This document shows, piece after piece, positions 1 to 10,047 of a stretch of DNA of 64,000 bases (positions are counted from its first letter, which is position 1; every line of letters begins with the position of its first letter). The stretch is from Nannocystis bainbridge. GTDB taxonomy: Bacteria; Myxococcota_A; Polyangia; Nannocystales; Nannocystaceae. The notes under the pieces are model-generated. The model was not told the DNA's origin. It ran no database searches and saw only the letters and a list, made by a program, of their open reading frames with translations. The position numbers were made by a program, and so were the translations under genes. The DNA lies in the NCBI RefSeq assembly GCF_028368995.1, contig NZ_JAQNDL010000004.1, positions 224,001 through 288,000 on the forward strand, given 5' to 3'.

Positions 1-2117
1 GTGACCTGGCCGGGCGCGGTGAGCTGCGCGGGGATGGTCAAGGTGAAGGTGCTGCCGCGACCGACGGCGCTGGCGACGGTGAGCTCACCGCCGAGCAGGC
101 GCGCCAGGTCGCGGGAGATCGAGAGGCCGAGGCCGGTGCCGCCGTACTTGCGGTTGGTGGTGCCGTCGGCCTGACGGAACGCCTCGAAGATCATCTCCTG
201 CTGATCGGCGGGGATGCCGATGCCGGTGTCGGTGACCGCGAAGGCGACGTTGCCGGCCCCGGCGGCGCGCACGGTCAAGCTGACGCCGCCCTGCTCGGTG
301 AACTTGAGCGCGTTCGACAGCAGGTTGCGCAGGATCTGGGCCAGCCGCGTCGAGTCGGTGTGCAGCGCGGGCGGGGCGTCGCGCTGCACTTCGATGTCGA
401 GCGCGAGCCGGCGGTCGCGCGCGATCGGGCGGAAGGTCGTCGCCAGCTGATCGGTGAGGCGCGCCACGGTGACGGCCTCGGGCCGCACGTCGAGCATGCC
501 GGCCTCGATCTTCGAGAGATCGAGGATGTCGTTGATGAGGGTGAGCAGGTCGTTGCCGGCGGAGTAGATCGTCTCGGCGAACTTGATCTGCTCGGCGTCG
601 AGGTTGCCCTGGCGGTTGTCGGCCAGCAGCCGCGCGAGGATCAGCGAGCTGTTGAGCGGGGTGCGCAGCTCGTGCGACATGTTGGCGAGGAACTCGGACT
701 TGAAGGCCGAGGTCCGCCGCAGCTGGACCTGCGCCTGGGTGAGGCTGTCGCGCTCGCTCTGCAGGGCCTGGGTCTGCTCCTCGAGGTGAGCGTTGATCTG
801 CTCGAGCTCGGCCTGTTGATTGCCGAGGCGCGCGCGCGACTCCTCGAGCGCGCGGGTCTGCTGCTCGAGCTCCTCGTTCTGGACCCGCAGCTCCTCTTGC
901 TGGGTCTGCAGCTCCTCGGCCTGGCGCTGGGTCTCCTGCAGCAGGGCGGCGAGCCGCTCCTTGTGCTCGGAGCTGCGCACCGCGAGCGCGACGGTCTCGC
1001 CGATCCGCGCCAGCAGGTCGAGGACCTGCGGCCGGGGCGGGCGCAGAAAGCCGATCTCGAGCACGGCGACGGAGACCCGGTCGATGCGCGCCGGGGTGAC
1101 GTAGACGTGCGAAGGGGCCCGCTCGCTGGTGCCGGAGCGGATCGGCAGGTCGCTGCCGTCGCTCAACTCGACGATGCGGCCGTCGTCGGCGGCGCGGCCG
1201 ACGACGCCCTCGCCGGCGGCGAAGGTCTCGGGCCCGCCGATGCGGGTGTCGAGGCCGAGCGCGGCGCGCCGGGCCCAGCCGGCGCCGTCGCGGACAAAGA
1301 AGGCGCCGACGTCGGCGCCGACGTGGGTGGCCAGCGCGGTGAGGCAGTCGCGGCCGACCTGCGCGGTGCTCTTCTCGCCCTGCATGGCCTCGGCGATCCG
1401 CGTGTGACCCTCGCGGACCCACGCCTCGCCCTCGAGGGTGACGCGGGCCTGCTGCTCGGCGTCGAGGGCCGAGCCGAAGGTGCTGGCGATCGCCGCCAAT
1501 TGCCGGCGCGAGAGGAAGGCGAGCAGCACGGCGACGCCGGCCAGCAGCAGGACGAAGGCGTTGCGGGCGATCGCGGTCGAGCGCTCCGAGGCGACCGCGC
1601 GCGCGGTCAGCAGGTCCCGCTCGACGTCGAGGGCGGCGGTCATGGCCTCACGGACGCCGTCCATGCGCGACTTGCGATCGCGCAAGCCCTCGGAGCTGCG
1701 GGCGTACTCGAGGTCGCTGCTGACCTGCGCGGCGGTGCTGGCGGTCAGCCACGACTGGTAGCGCGCGTGGGCCTGCTCGAACTGGGCCTGCTGCGTGGGG
1801 TCGTCGGCGACCAGTGCCTGCAGCCGCTCGAACTTGTCGCCCGGGTTGGCGCGCTCGAACGGGGCGAGGTACTGGCGGTCGGCGGTCAGCAGGTAGCCGC
1901 GCAAGGCGGTCTCCTGGTCGACGACCTCGAGCATCGTCGCGTTGGCGAGCGAGAGGACCTCGTTGCTGTGGTTGACCCACGCGGCGTCGTCCGCCATCAG
2001 GAGGATCTGCCGGCCGAGCACCACGCCGAGGAACAAGAGGAGGGCGATCGGCGTGGCGATCGCCACGGTGAGCCGCTTGGTGAGCGACCTGCGCTGCGCT
2101 TCCCTGATCTGCGTCAC
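1..2117 (-). CDS. CHASE3/GAF sensor histidine kinase (3' end runs off the window; probably a hybrid kinase)
   Basis: Not in the ORF track; translated by hand from GTG at 2117, downstream of an AAGGAG RBS. It shows a TM helix, the CHASE3-like WVNHSNEV, a second TM, a GAF region, a coiled coil ([14 protein letters not shown]), the H-box [15 protein letters not shown], the N-box [10 protein letters not shown] and G-boxes DTGIGI and GGTGLGL. Confidence 0.9.
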   Translation of the reverse strand, partial: MTQIREAQRRSLTKRLTVAIATPIALLLFLGVVLGRQILLMADDAAWVNHSNEVLSLANATMLEVVDQETALRGYLLTADRQYLAPFERANPGDKFERLQALVADDPTQQAQFEQAHARYQSWLTASTAAQVSSDLEYARSSEGLRDRKSRMDGVREAMTAALDVERDLLTARAVASERSTAIARNAFVLLLAGVAVLLAFLSRRQLAAIASTFGSALDAEQQARVTLEGEAWVREGHTRIAEAMQGEKSTAQVGRDCLTALATHVGADVGAFFVRDGAGWARRAALGLDTRIGGPETFAAGEGVVGRAADDGRIVELSDGSDLPIRSGTSERAPSHVYVTPARIDRVSVAVLEIGFLRPPRPQVLDLLARIGETVALAVRSSEHKERLAALLQETQRQAEELQTQQEELRVQNEELEQQTRALEESRARLGNQQAELEQINAHLEEQTQALQSERDSLTQAQVQLRRTSAFKSEFLANMSHELRTPLNSSLILARLLADNRQGNLDAEQIKFAETIYSAGNDLLTLINDILDLSKIEAGMLDVRPEAVTVARLTDQLATTFRPIARDRRLALDIEVQRDAPPALHTDSTRLAQILRNLLSNALKFTEQGGVSLTVRAAGAGNVAFAVTDTGIGIPADQQEMIFEAFRQADGTTNRKYGGTGLGLSISRDLARLLGGELTVASAVGRGSTFTLTIPAQLTAPGQV

Positions 2118-2593
2118 CCGTGTCTCCTTGCAGCCGCGTCACCGCGCCTGGCTCGCTTCAGCGGCCGACGCCCAGGTGCGCCGAACCGTACGTGCGTGCG
2201 AAGGTACCTCAAGCGCGCGAATCGTAGGTCGCCGGGAGCGGCGGGGAACCGCCCGCAGGCGCTTCGCGGGTGACTTTTCCCATGGAGAGGCGGAGGCGAA
2301 TCGCATCGATCGATGGACCTCGCGCTTGCGGGCCAGGTGAGCCCCCGTCCTCACGAACGGGCGCCGTAAAGCGGCGCCGAGGGCGGCGTCCGGGCGCCGC
2401 CACGGCCGGGCTCGCTGGGACGCGAGACGAACGAACGCGTCGCGTCGGGCGCGCGAAGGATGGAGCGGCGCTTCGACGATCCGGATCGATGGGTGACAGG
2501 CGCCGGAGTTCCGCGCTTTGGAGCGCTTCACGCCGCTAGTCCGGTGGGCGCGCGGCGCAACCGAGATCAGACTGACGAGCGGAGAAACCCGAC

Positions 2594-2794
2594 ATGAACC
2601 GCGATCAGATCCAAGGAAAGTGGGAGCAGCTCAAGGGCAAGGCCAAGCAGATGTGGGGCGACCTGACGGACGACGATTTCCTGAAGGCCGAGGGGAACGC
2701 CGACAAGCTGTGCGGGATCATCCAGGAGCGCTCGGGTGAGCGCCGCGAAGACATCGAGCGCAAGCTCGACTACAAGAACTACGGCAATCAGTAG
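2594..2794 (+). CDS. csbD: CsbD-family general stress protein
   Basis: [28 protein letters not shown] is the classic CsbD/YjbJ signature; GGAG RBS upstream. Confidence 0.92.
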   Translation: MNRDQIQGKWEQLKGKAKQMWGDLTDDDFLKAEGNADKLCGIIQERSGERREDIERKLDYKNYGNQ

Positions 2795-2922
2795 TTCGCT
2801 GCTCCACGCTCTGCGATGATTCGACGCGCCCCCGATCGTGGATCGGCGGCGTGTCGAATCGTATTTGGGTCGCGGGGCGGCGGCCCGCAGGGATAGGGAC
2901 GCCGAGAGGGGCGGCGACGCAG

Positions 2923-3002
2923 GACCCTCGAGGATATGTCTGCATGGACATGTCCTTGGGGACATTGTCCGCGCGATCCGGGCGGACCTGTCTCGGGTGA
3001 CA
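2923..3002. repeat. Array of 14-bp TGTCC-N4-GGACA-type palindromes
   Basis: Units gaccctcgaggata | tgtctgcatggaca | tgtccttggggaca at 2923-2964, plus tgtctcgggtgaca at 2989. Confidence 0.8.
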
Positions 3003-3199
3003 TGATCGGTGCACGAGCGGTCGCGGATGCTCGTGAACGCTCCGCTCGCGGCGTTCGTCGATGGCGACGGAGACGGGCGCAGCGGGGGCCGCGGGGGCGT
3101 TGCGCGATCTCGAGGGGCGGCGGCGGGCCGCGGCGGTGCGGTACCCTGGGAGGCGGAAGAGACGTCGGTGTCTCGACGATCGCGTCAGGAGATTCGACG

Positions 3200-3796
3200 A
3201 TGGTCCGGTTCGATCGCTGCGCAGCTCTCGTGTCGTGCTTCTTCGCCGCCGCGCTGGTCGGCGCCTCGCCGGCGTCCGCGGGCAAGTCGCCCAGGGCGGG
3301 CGGCCAGGACCCGAAGGGCGCCCCTGCGGCGCCGGCGGAGAAGGCCCCGCCTCCGAACGAGACTTCGAAGGATCGCGACAGCCGGGCGGCGCCGGTGGAC
3401 AAGCCCGCCGAGCCGCCGAAGACCGACGCGCCCGAGGACGGGCTCGCAGCGAGCTCCAGATCCGCGGGTGAGGCCGCGAAGGGCGGGCCTGCTGCGAGCT
3501 CCAGATCGCAGGGCTCATGCGCCGGACGGGGTGGGCTCATGAGCGCCGGATTACGGCCGCGAAGGGGCAGGGCTTGCACCGCGAGAGCGCGGGGACCCTT
3601 CGACGTCGGCGGCCGTACCCGGCCGGCCCGCAGGGGGACTCCCGGGCATCGGGTTACGAAAGCGACAGCGCGCGTGGCGTCGGACCCGCGGTTCCTGGGA
3701 CAACGGACCTCGGTCCGTCGCCTCGGGGCGTCCCGGTCCTCGATCGCGCCCTTGCGAAGGCTCGTTGCAGCGCCCCCGCGCCTCGGCCTATCTTGA
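3200..3796 (+). CDS. Hypothetical secreted Pro/Ala-rich protein, possibly a truncated remnant
   Basis: AGGAG RBS, ATG at 3200, signal-peptide-like N-terminus (…FFAAALVGASPASA) and a low-complexity linker. The C-terminal half is Arg-rich and does not look coding. Confidence 0.35.
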   Translation: MVRFDRCAALVSCFFAAALVGASPASAGKSPRAGGQDPKGAPAAPAEKAPPPNETSKDRDSRAAPVDKPAEPPKTDAPEDGLAASSRSAGEAAKGGPAASSRSQGSCAGRGGLMSAGLRPRRGRACTARARGPFDVGGRTRPARRGTPGHRVTKATARVASDPRFLGQRTSVRRLGASRSSIAPLRRLVAAPPRLGLS

Positions 3797-3800
3797 AATC

Positions 3801-5825
3801 ATGCGTGTTCGCTTTCTTGGCTTCGTCCCGCTCGGCTCCGCCCTCGCCTTGATGTCCTCCGCATGTGTCGATGATGGGCCACAGGCGACAGGTGCCACCG
3901 ACACCGCGCCGATGACCTCGATCACCGGCGTCACGGCCACGGACGCGCTGACCTCGACGACCGACCCGGGCACGACCGCGCCGACGACGACCGACGGCAC
4001 CGAGACCGGCGAGCCGTCGACCGACGCGACCTCCACGCCGACGACGACCATGAGCGGCTGCGTGCCCGACTGTCCCGAGGGCCAGTACTGCGCCGGCGAC
4101 AGCTGCCAGCCCGGGTGCGACGGCGACGAGGACTGCGTCGCGCCGGCCACCTGTGACCTCGCCGAGCACACGTGCAAGGGCTGCGAATCCGATGCAGGCT
4201 GTCCTCTGGGACAGGTCTGCAAGGACAGCGCCTGCGTGCCCGGCTGCAGCGACATGCAGCCGTGCGAAGGCGGCCTGGCCTGCTGCGCCGAGGCCTGCGT
4301 CGACCCGCTGAGCGACCCGGACCACTGCGGCGGCTGCGACCCGTGCCCGGCGCTGCCGAACGCCGAGGCCAGCTGCGCGATGGGCCAGTGCGGGCTCGGG
4401 GCCTGCGCGGCCGGCTTCGCCGACTGCGACAACAACCCCAACAACGGCTGCGAGACCCAGGGCCAGTGCCAGTGCACGCCGGGCGCCACCGAGGCCTGCT
4501 ACGGGGGCCCGGACGGCACCCAGGACGTCGGCATCTGCAAGGGCGGCATGCACACCTGTAACCCCGAGGGCACCGGCTGGGGCCCGTGCGACGGCGAGGT
4601 CTTGCCGAACGCGATCGACATCTGCAGCAACGGCCTCGACGACGACTGTGACAATCAGGTCGACGAGGACGCCGACGCCGACGGCGACGGCTGGACCGTG
4701 TGCGGCGGCGACTGCTGCGACGAGATCGGCCCGACCTGCCTCAACCCCAACCTGGTCAACCCGGGCGCGTTCGAGGTCCTCGGCAACACGGTCGACGACG
4801 ACTGCGACGGCATGCCGGACAACGCGATCCCGGCGTGCGACGGCGGCCTCCCCAGCAACTCGAGCGACGCGCTGCAGTACGCCCGCGCCATCGACCTGTG
4901 CCAGTTCACCACCGAGAACCCGCCGATCCAGGAGAAGAAGTGGGGCGTGATCTCGGGCGGGTTCAGCCGCTCGAACGGCGCCGGCGCCCCGGCGGCCGCG
5001 GCCAAGTCGATCCGGCCCGGCTTCGGCACCGTGCTGGTGCCGCAGAAGAACGCCAGCCTGGCGGTGCTGTCGACCGGCCACGCCGCCGACTCCAACGACG
5101 CGAGTCCGGCCTTCTCGGCGTTCCAGGGCGGCACCCAGCTCGGCACCTCGGCCGCCGTGCCGGCCGACTGGCTGGCGGCCAACGGCAACAACTTCCCCAA
5201 CGCGCCCGGCTGCCCGGCGCCGCAGGGCGGGGCGACCGGCCAGGACACGATCCAGCTCAAGCTGCGGGTCCGCGTGCCGACCAACGCGCTATCGTTCAGC
5301 GCCCACGTGTACTTCTTCTCGAGCGAGTACCCCGAGTGGGTGTGCAGCCCGTACAACGACTTCTTCCTGACGCTGGTCGACGGCCAGGGCGTGGGCAACC
5401 CGGCCGACAAGAACGTCGCCATCTACAAGAACCAGAACAACCAGCTGTTCCCGCTCGGCGTCAACATCCTCAAGGGCGCGCCCGGCCTGTTCGCGCAGTG
5501 CAAGAACGGCCAGATCAGCTGCGGCTCCCCGCCGGCCAACAATTACAACAGCTGCACCGGCAACGACGAGCTGGCCGGCACCGGCTTCCACCTGCTGAAC
5601 CCGTTGCCGCAGTTCGCCGACGACCCCGGCTATTGTGGCGCCAACAATCAGGTCGGCGGCGGCACCGGCTGGCTCAAGATGTCGGGCAACGTCAAGCCCG
5701 GCGAGACGATGGAGATCCGGTTCGTGCTGTGGGACACCGGCGACCCGTGGTACGACTCGCTGGTGCTGCTCGACAACTTCGAGTGGTCGCTGCAGGCCTC
5801 GGAGCCCGGGGTCAAGCCCGGCTGA
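3801..5825 (+). CDS. Cys-rich lipoprotein with MopE-like metal-binding repeats and a C-terminal choice-of-anchor L-like domain
   Basis: Lipobox MSSAC, Thr-rich linker, Cys-rich repeats (DPDHCGGC), motifs ICSNGLDDDCD and GNTVDDDCDG, and C-terminal FFSSEYPEWVCSPYNDFF…WDTGDPWYDSLVLLDNF. Confidence 0.85.
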   Translation: MRVRFLGFVPLGSALALMSSACVDDGPQATGATDTAPMTSITGVTATDALTSTTDPGTTAPTTTDGTETGEPSTDATSTPTTTMSGCVPDCPEGQYCAGDSCQPGCDGDEDCVAPATCDLAEHTCKGCESDAGCPLGQVCKDSACVPGCSDMQPCEGGLACCAEACVDPLSDPDHCGGCDPCPALPNAEASCAMGQCGLGACAAGFADCDNNPNNGCETQGQCQCTPGATEACYGGPDGTQDVGICKGGMHTCNPEGTGWGPCDGEVLPNAIDICSNGLDDDCDNQVDEDADADGDGWTVCGGDCCDEIGPTCLNPNLVNPGAFEVLGNTVDDDCDGMPDNAIPACDGGLPSNSSDALQYARAIDLCQFTTENPPIQEKKWGVISGGFSRSNGAGAPAAAAKSIRPGFGTVLVPQKNASLAVLSTGHAADSNDASPAFSAFQGGTQLGTSAAVPADWLAANGNNFPNAPGCPAPQGGATGQDTIQLKLRVRVPTNALSFSAHVYFFSSEYPEWVCSPYNDFFLTLVDGQGVGNPADKNVAIYKNQNNQLFPLGVNILKGAPGLFAQCKNGQISCGSPPANNYNSCTGNDELAGTGFHLLNPLPQFADDPGYCGANNQVGGGTGWLKMSGNVKPGETMEIRFVLWDTGDPWYDSLVLLDNFEWSLQASEPGVKPG

Positions 5826-5976
5826 GGCGTCGAATCACGGGACATGTCCGGGAGGTCATATCCTGTGATTGTGCGAGGCGCCCGTCGGCGGCGCCTCGCC
5901 GAGTGACTTCGGATTCGTTGTACATGTCTGAAGGGACATGGATGTCGATTGACGCTCGTCGGCGAACGCTGCCGGC

Positions 5977-8100
5977 TCACCGCTGTCGGGCGCGGCACCG
6001 GGCCTCGGCGGCGCGCGCTCGTGCGGCCTCCTCGTGGCGGCCCATCGCCTCCATCAGGGCCGCGGCGCGCGCGTAGTGGTCGGCGGCCTGCTCCGGCGGC
6101 AACATCTGCTCGTCCGCGTGGGCCGACGCGAGCAGGAAGGGCAGCGCGCGCTCCACCTCGCCCGCCTCCATCCAGTGGTGGGCGAGGTGGATGGGCGGGG
6201 CCCCGTCCTGCTCGAGCGCGTGGGCGAGGCGAATGTGCAGGGCGCGGGCGGCCGCGGGCGGCGTGCTGGCCAGCACCTCCTCGAGCACCAGGTCATGGCT
6301 GAAGCGCTCGCCCATCAGCACCTGGGCGGCCTCGAGCTCGGCGAAGGCGCTCTGGAGGGCGGTGGGGGTCACCTCGAGCGCGCCGGTCACGAGCGCGGCC
6401 CGGAACTGCGGCCCCGCCAGGGCGGCGAGCTGGGCGATCTGCAGGGCCAGCGGCGACAGCCGCTCCAGGCGGCGCTGGATCAGCGGGCCGATCCGGCCGG
6501 GGGGAGGCAGGCGCTGCGGCCATTCCTTGTGCAGCGCGTCGGTCTCGATCAGGTGCTTGAGGGTCTCGATGATATAGAGCGGGTTGCCGCCGGTGTAGCG
6601 GGCCAGGGCGTCGGCGTGCAGGTCGGCGCCGGGCAGCTCCAGGCTGGCCACCATCTGGCGCACCTCCTCGGCGGAGAGCGGGCCGATGTCGACGAGGCGC
6701 GCCGCCCCTGATCCCACCAGCCCACGGACGATGGCCTCCGAATAGGGGGGCATCTCGCCGCGGCGGTAACAATCGATATAGCAGGGCATGGGGCTGTCGG
6801 CGGCGCGGGTGTCCATCATGCGCGTGAAGGCGTAGGTGAAGGTCCTGGCGCTGGCCTTGTCCCAGTACTGCACGTCATCGACCACGACGGTGTTGGCGCC
6901 GGCGTTCATGCGCCGCATCGCCTCCACCTGGGCCTCCTGGAAGCGCAGCTCGTCGATCTCGGAGACGAGCGGCGGCAGCCCGCGCGGGTCGCCGAGCTCG
7001 GGCATGATGCGCGAGACCTCGGCGCGCACCCACTCGGGCAGCGTCAACCCGGGTCGCTGTCGCATGTGGCTGCGGTAGGCGCGGGCCTGGGCGGCGAACG
7101 GGACCTCCTGGTCGCCCAGGCGCCCCTCGATGCGGAGCCACGGCCCCTTGGAGGCGGCGAACTCCTCGGCGAGGCGCGACTTGCCGCTGCCGGGGTCGCC
7201 GGTGATGAACAACATCTGGCCGGCCTTCCAGCCGTCCTCGAGCTGCCGCCAGGTGGCCTCGCGGCCGGCGAGCACCGGCGGCCGCAGCACCGACAGGGGC
7301 AGGGACGGGCGGGGCGCGGCCTGGGGACGGGGGAGCTGGGTGCCTCGCTCGATCTGCCGCACCAGGGCCAGCGTCTCGGCCATGGGGGCGACGTCGAGCT
7401 CGCGGGCGAGGATCGAGCGCAGCCGCTCGAAGGCCGCGAGGGCGGCGCCACGGTCTCCCCGCAGGTAGTGCAGGCGGATGAGGTGGCGGCCGGCCTGCTC
7501 GGACTCGGGCTCCTGCTGCACCCAGGCCAGGGCGAGGGTGAGGGCGGCCGTCCAGTCACCCTCGGCCATGTGGCGCTCGATCTCCGCCTCCCGGGCCTCG
7601 CGCACCCAGCCGTCCACGGCGGCGCGGGCTCCGTCGAGCCAGCGCGCCAGCTCGGGGCAATCGTCGAACTCGAAGCCGGCCAGCAGCGGACCCGCGCCGT
7701 CGGGGGGCAGAGCTTCGAGGGCCCCGGCGTGGTCACGGGCCAGGGCGGCGGACTTCAGCAGCGCGACGTCGACCCGCAGCGAAGGCCCGAGCGCCAGACG
7801 CTCGGCGTCCGCCTCGACCACCTCCGTGCCCCCGCACGCCAGGCGCAGGCGACGCAAGAGCTGGCGCATGTTGTTGCGGGCGGTGGCGTGGGGCGAATCG
7901 GGCCACAGCAGGCCGGTCAGGGTCGCCTTGGGGGCGGGTCCTTCCAGCCCCAGATAGGCCAGCAGCGTGGCGGCGCGTCGCTCCAGCCTCGCTCGCGACT
8001 GCGCAGGGCCCTCCAGCCGCGCCAGCCCCAGCACCCGTGCCGTCCATGCCTCCGTCCTGACCACCGTCGGCTCTCCTGGCGGGCGTCCCGCGGCCGTCAC
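5977..8100 (-). CDS. SARP/BTAD-domain transcriptional regulator with AAA ATPase
   Basis: Winged-helix LLWPDS…ARNNMRQLLRRLR, BTAD region (PESEQAGRHLIRLHYLRGDRGAAL), Walker A GDPGSGKS, Walker B VVVDDVQYWD and TGGNPLY. Confidence 0.88.
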   Translation of the reverse strand: MTAAGRPPGEPTVVRTEAWTARVLGLARLEGPAQSRARLERRAATLLAYLGLEGPAPKATLTGLLWPDSPHATARNNMRQLLRRLRLACGGTEVVEADAERLALGPSLRVDVALLKSAALARDHAGALEALPPDGAGPLLAGFEFDDCPELARWLDGARAAVDGWVREAREAEIERHMAEGDWTAALTLALAWVQQEPESEQAGRHLIRLHYLRGDRGAALAAFERLRSILARELDVAPMAETLALVRQIERGTQLPRPQAAPRPSLPLSVLRPPVLAGREATWRQLEDGWKAGQMLFITGDPGSGKSRLAEEFAASKGPWLRIEGRLGDQEVPFAAQARAYRSHMRQRPGLTLPEWVRAEVSRIMPELGDPRGLPPLVSEIDELRFQEAQVEAMRRMNAGANTVVVDDVQYWDKASARTFTYAFTRMMDTRAADSPMPCYIDCYRRGEMPPYSEAIVRGLVGSGAARLVDIGPLSAEEVRQMVASLELPGADLHADALARYTGGNPLYIIETLKHLIETDALHKEWPQRLPPPGRIGPLIQRRLERLSPLALQIAQLAALAGPQFRAALVTGALEVTPTALQSAFAELEAAQVLMGERFSHDLVLEEVLASTPPAAARALHIRLAHALEQDGAPPIHLAHHWMEAGEVERALPFLLASAHADEQMLPPEQAADHYARAAALMEAMGRHEEAARARAAEARCRARQR

Positions 8101-8216
8101 GCTCCCGTCACCCCCCCCTCTGCATATAGACCTGCCCGCAATGCATCAAGCATTGCCGCGCAGGAAAACTCTCATAGAGGGCCGGGGCGCGCCTCCGGTC
8201 GGGAAGGAAGCCCGCT

Positions 8217-9113
8217 TTGAAGCAAGCGACGGGACTCGCCGAGTATCGAAGCTCACCCACCGGCTCGTACGTGGTTTCGACCTCGTTCATGGTCTGGTGC
8301 GCGGATCCGGGGTTCCACGGGATGGCCCTCTGGGGTCGCCCGGGCGAGCCGGAGATCCGGCATCTGTGCCGGTTCCTGGACGTGGAGGTGCGTCGAGAGG
8401 CCGTACCGCACGCCTCGCTCGTCGACCTGCGCCGGCTCGAGAGCGTCGATCCGCTCGCGTTCGTGGCGTTCGTCGACCACCTGCAGGCCCGCGCGCCGCT
8501 CTACCGCGAGCTCGTGACGTGCCAGGCGCGGGTCCGCCCGAACGGCCTGCCCGACGCGCTGGTGGCCGGCTTCGACAAGCTCGTCCGCCCCTCGCACCCG
8601 GTCGCGGTCCACGCGTCGCTCGGCGAGGCGCTCGCGTGGCTCGGCCGCGGCGATCGTTCGGGCCTGGCCGAGGAGCTCGACGCGATCGTGGCCGCCGCCA
8701 TGGGCGAGCTGAATTGCGGGCAGCGCCTGCGGCGAGTGCTGGTGCCGCCGCTATCGGAGGTGACGCTCGACAGCGCGGCGCGGCAGCTCGGGCTGTCCAC
8801 GCGGACGCTGCAGCGCCGGCTCCGCGACGAGGGCACGAGCTTTCAGGCGGAGCACGCTGCCGCGCAGGTGCGGGCGGCGCAGGCGATGCTGCGAGACCCG
8901 GCGCTGACGCTGACGACGATCGCCCTCGAGGTGGGGGCGAGCTCGCTCGCCAACTTCAGCACGATGTTTCGCCGGCGGACCGGCGAGGCGCCGAGCGCGT
9001 GGCGACGACGCGTGCGCGGAGCCGCGGAGGCGGGCGCGAGAGGGGCGCCCGCGGGGGCCCGCGATGCCGGCGCTGGCGCGATCGAAGATCGCGGGGGTGG
9101 ACGACGTGCGTGA
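8217..9113 (+). CDS. AraC-family transcriptional regulator
   Basis: C-terminal double HTH: AARQLGLSTRTLQRRLRDEGTSF…IALEVGASSLANFSTMFRRRTGEAPSAWR. Start codon uncertain. Confidence 0.88.
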   Translation: MKQATGLAEYRSSPTGSYVVSTSFMVWCADPGFHGMALWGRPGEPEIRHLCRFLDVEVRREAVPHASLVDLRRLESVDPLAFVAFVDHLQARAPLYRELVTCQARVRPNGLPDALVAGFDKLVRPSHPVAVHASLGEALAWLGRGDRSGLAEELDAIVAAAMGELNCGQRLRRVLVPPLSEVTLDSAARQLGLSTRTLQRRLRDEGTSFQAEHAAAQVRAAQAMLRDPALTLTTIALEVGASSLANFSTMFRRRTGEAPSAWRRRVRGAAEAGARGAPAGARDAGAGAIEDRGGGRRA

Positions 9114-9233
9114 CTCGTACTCGTGTCATTCGCCGATCCATGCGAGACGAGAAGAGTGCGGCGGCGGACGACGTGCGTGACTCGCACTCGTGCCATTCGC
9201 CGGACCGATGCGAGGCGAGCAGAGCCCGCGGCC
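9099..9233. repeat. Imperfect ~67-bp tandem duplication spanning the AraC stop codon
   Basis: ggacgacgtgcgtgactcg(t/c)actcgtg(t/c)cattcgccg… occurs twice with similar intervening sequence. Confidence 0.75.
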
Positions 9234-9313
9234 TCTTCGCTCTCACAGCGCGAGACGCCCCGTGTCCGGTCGTCCCGGCCACGGAGCGTCTGGCGCTCAC
9301 CTCGGAGCGAGCG

Positions 9314-9673
9314 TCAGGGCCAATCGTCCCTGCACTTGTAGCATTGCGTCAGGGTCGCGCACGGACCCGGCGTGGCTTCGGGATCCTTACAAGTGATAAA
9401 GACGGTCTGGCAAAGACCGAACGGGGGGGTCCACTGCTCGCAAGTCTGCGACAGCGCGAGGCTGCTGCCGCTGACCACGTCCAGCTCGGTCTCGAAGGCG
9501 CTCTCGCGGACCTCGTCGTCGCTCTGGGCCTCCTGGGCCTCGGCGAGGAGCTCGAGCTCCGCGTCGTCGAGCTGGAGCAGCGCGTCCTCGGCCTCGAAGC
9601 CTTCGTTCGCGTCGCAGCCGGTGAAGCACGCGACCGAGAGCATCATGGCAAGCAAAGTATGCATGGCTTTCAT
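9314..9673 (-). CDS. Small secreted/lipoprotein with an acidic pro-like region and a six-Cys C-terminal peptide
   Basis: ATG at 9673. MKAMHTLLAMMLSVACFTGC signal with lipobox, Glu/Asp-rich spacer, then TCEQWTPPFGLCQTVFITCKDPEATPGPCATLTQCYKCRDDWP. Confidence 0.75.
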   Translation of the reverse strand: MKAMHTLLAMMLSVACFTGCDANEGFEAEDALLQLDDAELELLAEAQEAQSDDEVRESAFETELDVVSGSSLALSQTCEQWTPPFGLCQTVFITCKDPEATPGPCATLTQCYKCRDDWP

Positions 9674-10047
9674 GAATGATAGCACTTCTCGCTCACGCCG
9701 ATCACGGGGGCTCGCGTGAGCGCTGGTTGTGATTCCCCGTTGCATTGGATATAGCAGGCCCCTCGCCGGCACCGCTTCTGCGATCCCGCCAATCGCTTCT
9801 GCGAACGCGCCATTCGGGGCCGGTCGCTGCATTCGGCGGGCACGGCCCTGGCGAATGGACACCTCGCTCGCGCGTGCCCGCCGGTCCGAAGTCCGCGGCG
9901 CGGGGCCGACCGCTCTCGGAGGCGCGAAAACAGCCCGAAGGTTTTTTGGATCGCAAGCGGGGGGTCGCGGCTCTTCACCCTGCGTCGAGCGACCCGCGGC
10001 GACCACCGCGGCCGCTCCAACCCTCTTCAACGATTCAAGACGCCATC

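Noticed and set aside
85-2273. Track ORFs 85-1422 (-) and 360-2273 (+)
   Set aside because: Shadows of the histidine kinase, whose true frame is missing from the track because it runs off the window.
9099-9233. Possible mini-CRISPR (37-bp repeat with ~30-bp gap)
   Set aside because: Only two copies, the 'spacers' resemble each other and there are no cas genes; it is a tandem duplication.
9314-9673. RiPP (lanthipeptide/ranthipeptide) precursor
   Set aside because: It has a Sec/lipoprotein signal, and no modifying enzyme, peptidase or transporter gene lies nearby.
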